This document shows, piece by piece, positions 25,514 to 32,151 of a stretch of DNA of 32,198 nucleotides (position 1 is its first letter; every line of letters starts with the position of its first letter). The translations under genes were made by a program, and so were the position numbers. This DNA comes from a virus (taxonomy: Duplodnaviria; Caudoviricetes). The stretch covers positions 1-32,198 of IMG/VR virus record IMGVR_UViG_3300047400_000237, one strand, 5' to 3'. A model generated the notes under the pieces. It was not told where the DNA came from. It was given only the letters and a program-made list of their open reading frames with translations, and made no database searches.

Positions 25514-25991
25514 ATAGCTTCAAAATCCTTTCCACAATGGCAGTTGTATGGATTCCGCCCTCTCGAACCAGCATTTTCTGGATCTTGTAGCGGGATGGAC
25601 GGTTCTTGTAGTCAGAACCCTGCACCCGAAGGTCTGGTTTTATGGTAGCAATAAGCTGGTTCATGTCGTTGCTATTGCGAATCGGACAAATGTAGTCAAC
25701 CGGCATGTAGTTGAGGGCCGATGCACGTTCGGCAAAGGTCATAATCGGGCGAAGAGGGCCTTTTTCCTTCTTGATTTTGGTGTCTTCGTCAAGGGCACAG
25801 ATGAGGGTGCCTGCCTTTTTACGGGCTGCAAAGATCATCCGCATGTGGGAGACGTGAAGCAGGTCAAAACAACCGTTGATTAGGACTACTGGAGCGCGGA
25901 GTGTGAGCCTTTCAAAGTCTTTTGGACGCAGCCACTCCACATCGTCTGGTTTTTCACGGTGAAAAAAGTAATCTCTTGCTGCTTTACCCAT
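25482..25991 (-). CDS. hldC: HldE/RfaE domain II-like nucleotidyltransferase (heptose-1-phosphate adenylyltransferase-like)
   Basis: NGCFDLLHVSH (HxGH variant), KGPLRPI..FAER, KPDLRVQGSDY, HTTAIVERI; ATG 25991 coupled (TAATG) to the TerL ATPase stop. Confidence 0.75.
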   Translation of the reverse strand: MGKAARDYFFHREKPDDVEWLRPKDFERLTLRAPVVLINGCFDLLHVSHMRMIFAARKKAGTLICALDEDTKIKKEKGPLRPIMTFAERASALNYMPVDYICPIRNSNDMNQLIATIKPDLRVQGSDYKNRPSRYKIQKMLVREGGIHTTAIVERILKLYDKSSDLETV

Positions 25992-26848
25992 TAAGCCTCC
26001 AGTGCATCGCGGCAAAGTCGATGAAACCAACCAGGATTGGCCGAGCTGATGGCTGAATACTTGCCGCCGTCCGAAATTGCAGGCTTGATTGCCGCAAATG
26101 ACTCCGCTGCATCGGGATTGAAGGCGGCCTCATCGGAAAAAAAGCCGGTTGGATGGTGCATTCGGACCTTCGATGTGCCTTTTGGCAGACCAAGAATCTC
26201 GGATTGTAGGGATGTAACAGCCAAAATGCCCGAGCGGTAGCTGCCTTCCGCGAAAGTGGCAGGAGCAACGGCCTTTAGCCAGTCTGGTTGATTGTTCCAA
26301 ATACCGTAGGCACGACGAACAAGCTCACGAGTTTTGCCCGCGTCCTCGGATTGGAAAAGGTTTTGGCGGCCACGGTGGAAGCAAGTGTCCCAAGTGTACA
26401 TGGCGACCATCAGCCAAGTGCCCATCATGTCGCGGCTTTTCTCCACGGCCATCAGCGGATGCTTCATCCAGTGCTCGATGATTGGGACAAAGTACGATTT
26501 CATCGGGAATTTACGGATGGTATCTAGCTCGGCAAAGTATTGTTTGGTGGTAGCCTCGGTGTGGGACTCGATTTTGTGGCGGCTCAACAGGTGATAGTCA
26601 CGTTTATCGAAGCTGTAGGTTTCTCCGTCGTTGCAGAGGTTACAGACGTGCATTGGTTTTGGGTCTTTGGTGTAGACGTAGGGGATTGGGTGCCGGGAAG
26701 AGTCAATCCAATAGAAGATGTCAGAGGCGCATCGGTCAAATTCCTCTTTACCAATGGCTTTCATGGCAAGGGCACGCTGGGCTGGCTTCAGCTTTGCCAG
26801 CCGCTTAATCATATCTTGGGTGAGGTACGGCTCAACCACCTTTACCAC
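25991..26848 (-). CDS. Terminase large subunit, N-terminal ATPase half
   Basis: Walker A-type VEKSRDMMGTW, Walker B FFSDEAAF, motif III AISSANPGWF; the ORF ends shortly after motif III. Confidence 0.8.
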   Translation of the reverse strand: MVKVVEPYLTQDMIKRLAKLKPAQRALAMKAIGKEEFDRCASDIFYWIDSSRHPIPYVYTKDPKPMHVCNLCNDGETYSFDKRDYHLLSRHKIESHTEATTKQYFAELDTIRKFPMKSYFVPIIEHWMKHPLMAVEKSRDMMGTWLMVAMYTWDTCFHRGRQNLFQSEDAGKTRELVRRAYGIWNNQPDWLKAVAPATFAEGSYRSGILAVTSLQSEILGLPKGTSKVRMHHPTGFFSDEAAFNPDAAESFAAIKPAISDGGKYSAISSANPGWFHRLCRDALEA

Positions 26849-27152
26849 CTTCCAACAGCTTTAGGACGTCCTCTGCGGAGTCTTCGGGGGCGGCAGGCCC
26901 ACGTTGCTTAAGGCCGCCTTCCACGGTTTTGACGGAAGTGGCAAGCATTTCCCGCATTCCACCCATCATGTTGAGCATTTCATCGATGTCTAGGCCGTCA
27001 CGTTGGTCCTCGACTGCTTGGATTTTCTTCTCGAAAAGTGCTATGATGCGTTCGACGTGAATGCGAATTCGCTTGTTGACGTTAAGCCAAGCCAGTAGTT
27101 CCTGTTGATGAGAGAGTTCTGGGTTCTTGAATGAGCCTACTGGTCGTGCCAA
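26832..27152 (-). CDS. Probable terminase small subunit
   Basis: 106 aa, helical; MARPVGS start (TTG, SD GGAGG); overlaps the TerL ATPase; call rests mainly on position. Confidence 0.5.
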   Translation of the reverse strand: MARPVGSFKNPELSHQQELLAWLNVNKRIRIHVERIIALFEKKIQAVEDQRDGLDIDEMLNMMGGMREMLATSVKTVEGGLKQRGPAAPEDSAEDVLKLLEGGKGG

Positions 27153-27274
27153 GGAACCTCCACAATGGTGTAAAAGTTGTGGATGAGGCTGTTGAATTGG
27201 TCGTAAGGGATGACAAACAGGTTAGCTGCGGTCTGTTCGGAGTTTTTGTCCCAGACAACTGCGTATCTAAGCAT
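27137..27274 (-). CDS. Small hypothetical protein, 45 aa (MLRYAVVWDKNSEQ...EVPWHDQ)
   Basis: Fills the gap between the cupin and TerS genes, overlapping both; not in the ORF track. Confidence 0.45.
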   Translation of the reverse strand: MLRYAVVWDKNSEQTAANLFVIPYDQFNSLIHNFYTIVEVPWHDQ

Positions 27275-27647
27275 CAAGCTTCCTCGATTCGATCAGGCGG
27301 CGCACGTCAGCATCACGGTGTTGGGTGCTTACTTCGAGTAGTAGGACCGGAACAGTCCTACTACTCGAAGAGAATTGGTGGTAGTGGCCAGGAAACATGG
27401 TGTGTTTCTCACCGGCAGCAAGGGTTTTGTTTTGTTGGTGGCCTTCGAGGTCAATCGTTCGGAGGTTCATTGTTCCTTCGAGGACGATGAATGTTTCTGT
27501 TTTGACGTTGTGGCAATGGAGGGAGCATTCCCAACCGGGGTTGACCACGAGGAATTTGGCGCAGTAGAGCGGGTTGTTCTCGAGCCAAATTTCACGGCCC
27601 CATGCTTTTTCGACTTGATGGTGTTGGGAAAAATCTTCCAGGTTCAT
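27267..27647 (-). CDS. Cupin, sugar isomerase-like (D-lyxose / type II mannose-6-P isomerase-like)
   Basis: VEKAWGREIW, CSLHCHNVKTETF, PGHYHQF, LLEVST; start reassigned to MNLEDF (27647). Confidence 0.75.
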   Translation of the reverse strand: MNLEDFSQHHQVEKAWGREIWLENNPLYCAKFLVVNPGWECSLHCHNVKTETFIVLEGTMNLRTIDLEGHQQNKTLAAGEKHTMFPGHYHQFSSSSRTVPVLLLEVSTQHRDADVRRLIESRKLDA

Positions 27648-27719
27648 ATGCCCTCGATTGGTGGCGGTTTGCAGATGTGACGTTTGCTGACGAGGCACCA
27701 GAATTGCTTTGGGGTGACT

Positions 27720-27887
27720 TTAAGGATTGGCCACGCCCTGTTTAGGTTTCCGATCAGGCCGAGATAAAGGATTGCGGTGGGCATCCATGTGTCCTAGATA
27801 CAGTTCGTATTCGGTAAAGTAGTCATAACAGATAGGGCAACAGAAAGCCCCTTCGCTGTCATCATCGGCTAAGTGCTTGTATTTCAT
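27720..27887 (-). CDS. Small C2H2 zinc-finger protein, 55 aa (MKYKHLADDDSEGAFCCPICYDYFTEYELYLGHMDAH...)
   Basis: Canonical F-x-C-x2-C-x3-F-x8-H-x3-H spacing; overlaps the end of the kinase gene; not in the ORF track. Confidence 0.6.
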   Translation of the reverse strand: MKYKHLADDDSEGAFCCPICYDYFTEYELYLGHMDAHRNPLSRPDRKPKQGVANP

Positions 27888-28647
27888 CCAGGGTCGCCAC
27901 GCTAGTCAACGGTTTGCCAATGGCAATTGCTGCTGCCTTACTTGCAAACCGCATGGAGTGAGAAATTGTGTTGAGTCCAGCCAGTTGGTCATACGCGAAA
28001 GCCGCAATGACCGTGTCACCAGCACCGGAGACGCTGAGTGGGTTTGAGATGTAGGCCGGTTCATGATGGATCGGTTCACCGTTGCTGAAGTAAGTCATTC
28101 CGTTGGCGGATTCCTTACGGAGAACCTGTTCGCAGTTCACGTAATAGGGGAACTGGAAGAACTCTTTGTTGTTGGGGAAAAAGATCGAGTTGTAAGAGAG
28201 GTCTTTGTACTCGATGGGGTTGCGCTTGGTGTCGATGAAGACACGTTTGTCCTGGCAGAGTTTGTAAAGCTCTGCCAGGACACCTGGACCAAACGCACCT
28301 TTAGCGTAATCGGAGATTATTACGCCTTTCGCCCACTTGAAAAGGTCTTTGTGTCGCTGAAGTTGTTCGATACCGTAGCGGTCAACGAAATCGTGTTCAT
28401 CCCAACGGGCGATTTGATGGCCGTTGGAGATGAGGCGATTTTTGACAGGCGAGTGCGACGGTGGTAAGATTGTTTGTACGTCAGCACCGAGGGCTTTCAG
28501 GTTTGCGACTACGTTGCCTGCACCACCGGGTTTGTTCTCGACCTTGTCGATTTTGACGACAGGGAGTGGGGCTTCGGGGCTAAGTCGGTCTGCTGTGCCG
28601 ATGAAGTAACGGTCAATGAAATTTTCACCTAGAACTAGGATTGACAT
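27862..28647 (-). CDS. hldA: HldE/RfaE domain I-like PfkB kinase (heptose-7-phosphate kinase-like)
   Basis: ILVLGENFIDRY..G..DRLSPEAPLPVV, PGGAGNVVANLKALGA, ISDYAKG, PNNKEF, SVSGAGDTVIAA. Confidence 0.85.
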   Translation of the reverse strand: MSILVLGENFIDRYFIGTADRLSPEAPLPVVKIDKVENKPGGAGNVVANLKALGADVQTILPPSHSPVKNRLISNGHQIARWDEHDFVDRYGIEQLQRHKDLFKWAKGVIISDYAKGAFGPGVLAELYKLCQDKRVFIDTKRNPIEYKDLSYNSIFFPNNKEFFQFPYYVNCEQVLRKESANGMTYFSNGEPIHHEPAYISNPLSVSGAGDTVIAAFAYDQLAGLNTISHSMRFASKAAAIAIGKPLTSVATLDEIQALSR

Positions 28648-28649
28648 TG

Positions 28650-28814
28650 TTAGTCCTTTTGGATTCGGATGGTGATTGTTAGACCTTTGAGGTTTGAGGT
28701 GAGGCGGTCGACAGCTTCGAGCAGGGCTTTTGTGATGTCCGGTAAAATGTCCGTGTCGATTTGGGCAATTAGCTTTTTGCCGGTTTCGGCGTCGATCAGG
28801 TTGATCAGGCTCAT
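28650..28814 (-). CDS. Small hypothetical protein
   Basis: Start reassigned to MSLINLID (ATGA overlap at 28814); amphipathic helical sequence. Confidence 0.55.
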   Translation of the reverse strand: MSLINLIDAETGKKLIAQIDTDILPDITKALLEAVDRLTSNLKGLTITIRIQKD

Positions 28815-29116
28815 TGGCGTTTCGGTGCCTCGATTGTGTTTTCGTCGCTCCAAGCGATGGGGTCTTGGAGGTGCTGGAGGGTCATGATGCGTTTACCTTC
28901 ATAGCGGAACATGAAGGGCTGTTGGCCGCCGTAGCCTGCTTTCTCGAAAGGCGTGTCCTTCCATTCGTCCGCTTCGATAATGAGGCAGACCCAGCGGGGA
29001 AGGCGGGCAGAAACAGAGATGTTCTTTAGGGTGGAGTTGAGTGGTAGGTCACCGTCAGCGTAGTGGACCATCAGGTTGACTAGGGACTCACCATCAAATT
29101 CAACACGTCTGCGCAT
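28811..29116 (-). CDS. Hypothetical protein (tandem paralog A)
   Basis: 101 aa; SD GGAG; TAATG coupling. Confidence 0.6.
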   Translation of the reverse strand: MRRRVEFDGESLVNLMVHYADGDLPLNSTLKNISVSARLPRWVCLIIEADEWKDTPFEKAGYGGQQPFMFRYEGKRIMTLQHLQDPIAWSDENTIEAPKRQ

Positions 29117-29340
29117 TAGGACACTCCAAAAAGGCGTTTAAGTTTGAAGGACACGTTGAGGGGTGCGGCATCGGGTGGGAAGTGGTCGGATTCAAATTCG
29201 ATAGCGAGCTTCTTAGATGTTGGGTTAATCTGGAGGGAGATTGGCATGGCGTCCGGCGGAATGTCCGCCGGATCTGCCACATAGTCTCTGAGAAGCTCTG
29301 CTATTGTGTCAATCGTCACAATGCAGTATCGTTCTTTCAT
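29116..29340 (-). CDS. Hypothetical protein (tandem paralog B)
   Basis: 74 aa; ATGA coupling; ELLRDYVADPADIP resembles NLMVHYADGDLP of its neighbour. Confidence 0.6.
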   Translation of the reverse strand: MKERYCIVTIDTIAELLRDYVADPADIPPDAMPISLQINPTSKKLAIEFESDHFPPDAAPLNVSFKLKRLFGVS

Positions 29341-29537
29341 TTTGGTTGGTAGGGTAGAACTGCTGGGGTACCGTCCGGGTTTCTGAAATGGGACCAGATC
29401 GAAATAATGCCTTGCAAAATACCGACGCCGCCCGCAACAAGCATCTTGTACTTGTCGGGAACAGCGCCGGAGTATTGGTTAGCCATCTGGACAATGGTTG
29501 CGAGAGATTGAAAGAGGGTGTTGGTTGTTACCTTCAT
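29337..29537 (-). CDS. Holin candidate
   Basis: 66 aa with a hydrophobic helix (MLVAGGVGILQGIISIWS), an amphipathic N-terminal helix and an NPDG tail. Confidence 0.45.
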   Translation of the reverse strand: MKVTTNTLFQSLATIVQMANQYSGAVPDKYKMLVAGGVGILQGIISIWSHFRNPDGTPAVLPYQPK

Positions 29538-29695
29538 TTCTTCTTCATGTCCTTCTCATGCTTCTTTTGGGCAGCCTTACCAGCGGGGGTTTCCTTACTG
29601 CCATGCATGTAACCGAGGGCGTTCATGATTTTGTAAGGAACTTCGCTGGATTCACCGTAGTGAGCCTTGAGTTTCTTTTCGAGGAACTTAGGCAT
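29534..29695 (-). CDS. Small basic protein
   Basis: MPKFLEKKLKAHYG...YKIMNALGYMHGSKETPAG; start reassigned to 29695. Confidence 0.6.
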   Translation of the reverse strand: MPKFLEKKLKAHYGESSEVPYKIMNALGYMHGSKETPAGKAAQKKHEKDMKKK

Positions 29696-29930
29696 AAGGC
29701 TTACCCTCGGGCTGAACGTAGGTCGTTTGCGGGCCACGAGGGGAAGGCATAGGAGCCTTCATCGAGTCCTGATTGTTGTTGTCATAGTTCGCATGATTGT
29801 ATTTGTGAATTTCATCACCGGGAACGTAGAAACAACCGTCAGCTCCTTTCTGGAAAGGGCGAGTCATAGGGGTCGGCACTGCGCCAGGACGCTTGGGTGC
29901 ACCGGGATAAGGCTTGGCTCCATCTTGCAT
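29688..29930 (-). CDS. Small Pro-rich hypothetical protein
   Basis: 80 aa; SD GGAGG upstream; overlaps the next gene. Confidence 0.55.
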   Translation of the reverse strand: MQDGAKPYPGAPKRPGAVPTPMTRPFQKGADGCFYVPGDEIHKYNHANYDNNNQDSMKAPMPSPRGPQTTYVQPEGKPYA

Positions 29931-29933
29931 AAT

Positions 29934-30137
29934 CTATCTTCCTCCTTCGAGTTCTGGGCGGGGTGCCGGAAGCTCCTCTGGGCGGGGCTGCACGTCCACC
30001 GGAATACCTTTTGCCGGTTGAGCACAGCGTGAACATTTACTTTCCACGGATGTTAAGGGAAAGTCACAGTAGGGGCACTTTTTGAAGGCCCGTGGCTGCA
30101 TCGCTTCAATGTTTGAGTAGCCGTTTGGAGTTGCCAT
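29934..30137 (-). CDS. Zinc-ribbon protein
   Basis: CPYC...CSRC; SD GAGG. Confidence 0.6.
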   Translation of the reverse strand: MATPNGYSNIEAMQPRAFKKCPYCDFPLTSVESKCSRCAQPAKGIPVDVQPRPEELPAPRPELEGGR

Positions 30138-30157
30138 GATTACCTCGCTTCAAGAAC

Positions 30158-30208
30158 ATTATAACAAAACCTTAATGGTAGGCGCTACTGCGCCTACCAT
30201 TAAGGTTT
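30158..30208 (-). terminator. 19-bp perfect hairpin with a T-run, fused to a downstream extended -10 (TGtTATAAT)
   Basis: Arms 30167-30185 and 30190-30208; 4-nt loop; minus strand continues TTTTGTTATAAT (-10 at 30158-30163). Confidence 0.65.
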
Positions 30209-30541
30209 GGAGATGACTTCGCGCTCCTTGTGGTTGGCTTCTTCGCGTTGCGCAAAGCGCAGCTTGATGTGAAGGGGGAAAGATTCAGCAAGGGTGGCGC
30301 TGCCTTTACAGATTGGGGTGATTTTGGATTTGACTGGGAGGTGGTCGGAACGGAGCGTTAGCTCCGTTCCGGGTTCATTGCAGTAGGGGCAATTGGTAGT
30401 TTTGATGGCAAGCATCGGAGACTTGCATCCGGGGCAAGGAACAAGTTGGAGGGTTGGTTCCCAGCGATGGCCTGCTGAGCAGGCCATCGAAGAGCAGGAG
30501 GTGATTTCTGGGACGGTAGGAAAAACGAAGTTATCGCTCAT
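30200..30541 (-). CDS. Multi-Zn-ribbon hypothetical protein; first gene of the leftward region
   Basis: CSAGH, CPGC, CPYC. Confidence 0.6.
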   Translation of the reverse strand: MSDNFVFPTVPEITSCSSMACSAGHRWEPTLQLVPCPGCKSPMLAIKTTNCPYCNEPGTELTLRSDHLPVKSKITPICKGSATLAESFPLHIKLRFAQREEANHKEREVISKP

Positions 30542-30557
30542 TTAATTAGCTAGAGTT

Positions 30558-30587
30558 ATTTTAACATGGATTGGCTTTTGTTGTCAA
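30558..30587 (-). promoter_or_regulatory. Sigma70 promoter TTGACA-18-TAAAAT (with extended TG)
   Basis: -35 at 30582-30587, -10 at 30558-30563; 13-bp hairpin 30589-30619 immediately upstream. Confidence 0.7.
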
Positions 30588-30664
30588 GGGGTTAGGGGGT
30601 GCAAAACACCCCCTAACCCTGGGGATTTTGGAGAGAAAACGCGGTTGGCCTTGCCAACCGCGCG

Positions 30665-30699
30665 TAAGTTGTTGATTTTATTATTTTTTTTATTTTTTT
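30665..30699. promoter_or_regulatory. IHF-consensus binding site with an adjacent A/T tract
   Basis: TAAGTTGTTGATT (30665-30677) is the reverse complement of WATCAANNNNTTR; a long T-rich tract lies on the side expected for IHF sites. Confidence 0.6.
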
Positions 30700-30922
30700 C
30701 GGGTATAGAAATGGGTGCCTAGCCCCTGCCCCCGCTGCCGTGCGTGCGTACTTTGATTCGACCCGTCCCCACCCTTCATCCTATCCCTACTAGAGTAAAG
30801 GGGATTGATCATCCATTGTCCACTAGAGATTGGGTGATTGCATCTCGTTGATTCTAAAGGGGTTAGTGTGCCGGCACGGGGCGGAATACGCCTGGCCGGC
30901 ATGCCGGCGGTAGGCGGGCGCC

Positions 30923-30952
30923 TACTGGTGACGTGTGCACACGTCACCAGTA
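30923..30952. repeat. Perfect 30-bp palindrome TACTGGTGACGTGTG|CACACGTCACCAGTA
   Basis: No loop; near the palindromes GTGCCGGCAC (30868-30877) and GCCGGCATGCCGGC (30895-30908). Confidence 0.9.
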
Positions 30953-31070
30953 TTGTTAAAATTACTAGGAAGGCGAAGAAAAGGCGAAATCAACCGGAGG
31001 CGAGAGGTGAGGGAAAGATGGCCGGGCACTCCCCCGACAAAAAAAAAAACCTCTAGATCGCTTTTCCCTA

Positions 31071-31105
31071 TTGACACCTCACCACTCTAACGTTATTATA
31101 TACAC
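31071..31105 (+). promoter_or_regulatory. Sigma70 promoter TTGACA-17-TATTAT, 6 nt before ATG 31106 (leaderless-type)
   Basis: TTGACA 31071-31076, TATTAT 31094-31099; no SD. Confidence 0.75.
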
Positions 31106-31339
31106 ATGGAAAACAACACACCACTCATGACATACGCTTATATTTCCCGCGAAAACTGCGTTTCAAAGCGCGCCTACCTACCCTCTGAATACCTCAACGG
31201 CATTCCCGTCGCCGAACACGGCGATCTAACCGCATGGGAACACAACGAATCCGAAACGCTCCGCCGCATCGCCGAAGCGTCCGGCTACCAATGGGTTTCT
31301 GCTCGCAACGTCGCCGAGCTTCTGGGTTGGATGAAATAA
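31106..31339 (+). CDS. Hypothetical protein, probably early
   Basis: 77 aa directly after a near-consensus promoter. Confidence 0.6.
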   Translation: MENNTPLMTYAYISRENCVSKRAYLPSEYLNGIPVAEHGDLTAWEHNESETLRRIAEASGYQWVSARNVAELLGWMK

Positions 31340-31363
31340 TGGCAGATCTACTATCCCTTTTAG

Positions 31364-31389
31364 GCAATGGTGGTCTTTACCACCATTGC
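31364..31389 (+). other. 11-bp hairpin between the rightward genes (possible terminator or processing site)
   Basis: GCAATGGTGGT-cttt-ACCACCATTGC. Confidence 0.45.
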
Positions 31390-31429
31390 TACCGTGTCTA
31401 AAAATTAACTTCTAAGGAGCTAACACACA

Positions 31430-32113
31430 ATGCAATTACTCAGTGTAGAAAACGATGCCAAAACTTCTAAAGGTACCGAATCCGGTTACCTAACCGGTAT
31501 CCTATATCTCGCACCCGCAAACGAATCAGGAAAACTCAACGTCTGCCTTTCCGCCACTGTCGAATGTATCAAATCCTGTCTGTACAAAGCGGGACGTGGA
31601 GCTATGCCAAATGTAGTAGCTGCTCGTATCGCTCGCACTAATTGGCTAGTCGACAACCGCGCATCCTTTATGGATGCGCTCCGTTCCGACATTCGCGAGT
31701 TATGCAGCAAGGCTTCCAAGCGCGGCTTAATCCCCGCCGTTCGCATCAATGGCACATCCGATCTTCCCGGTATCGCCCGTCAGTTAGCACGCGAATTCCC
31801 TACCGTCGCTTTCTACGATTATACTAAGCACAAATCCCCATGGATTCGTCGCGAATCCAACTATCACATCACGTTTAGCTATTCCGGCCACAATTGGACC
31901 GAATGTGAAGCGGCACTATCGCACGATGTCAACGTCGCGGTAGTTTTCCACGTTGCAAAAGGCCAACCGCTACCAGTAGCCTATCAAGGCTACCCAGTTA
32001 TTGATGGTGACACTAATGATCTCCGCTTTCTCGACCCTAAACGCGTTATCGTTGGCCTACGCGCTAAAGGCCCGGCAATCAAAGCTGATAGCGCGTTTGT
32101 AGTACTTCCCTAA
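31430..32113 (+). CDS. GP88-family protein (Cys-cluster, radical-SAM-like fold)
   Basis: ILYLAPA...NVC...CIKSCL..AGRG, VRINGTSD, FYDYTK, YHITFS, NVAVVF, DGDTNDLRFLDP...VGLRAKG; SD AAGGAG. Confidence 0.75.
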   Translation: MQLLSVENDAKTSKGTESGYLTGILYLAPANESGKLNVCLSATVECIKSCLYKAGRGAMPNVVAARIARTNWLVDNRASFMDALRSDIRELCSKASKRGLIPAVRINGTSDLPGIARQLAREFPTVAFYDYTKHKSPWIRRESNYHITFSYSGHNWTECEAALSHDVNVAVVFHVAKGQPLPVAYQGYPVIDGDTNDLRFLDPKRVIVGLRAKGPAIKADSAFVVLP

Positions 32114-32123
32114 CGAGTGACAC

Positions 32124-32151
32124 TTAGGCGGATGCCAAAGCATCCGCCTAA
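32124..32151 (+). terminator. 12-bp hairpin after the GP88-like gene
   Basis: TTAGGCGGATGC-caaa-GCATCCGCCTAA; no clear U-tail. Confidence 0.45.

Noticed and set aside
24171-25990. Group I/II intron or split intein explaining the split terminase
   Set aside because: The interval is fully tiled by four ordinary ORFs. There is no homing endonuclease or RT, no room for a ribozyme core, and no intein terminal motifs.
27644-27784. Possible 46-aa ORF (MPTAILYLGLIG...) coupled to the cupin start
   Set aside because: It fits the gap and has an ATGA overlap, but it overlaps the C2H2 ORF by 65 nt and has no motif support, so it is left uncalled.
8551-28647. Host LPS biosynthesis locus or chimeric contig
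   Set aside because: The sugar genes are singly interleaved with and start/stop-coupled to phage structural genes, and no chromosomal waa context is present.
30690-31056. ORFs 30690-30947 (-) and 30838-31056 (+)
   Set aside because: They lie in the palindrome-rich control region, lack convincing RBSs and have non-protein-like composition.
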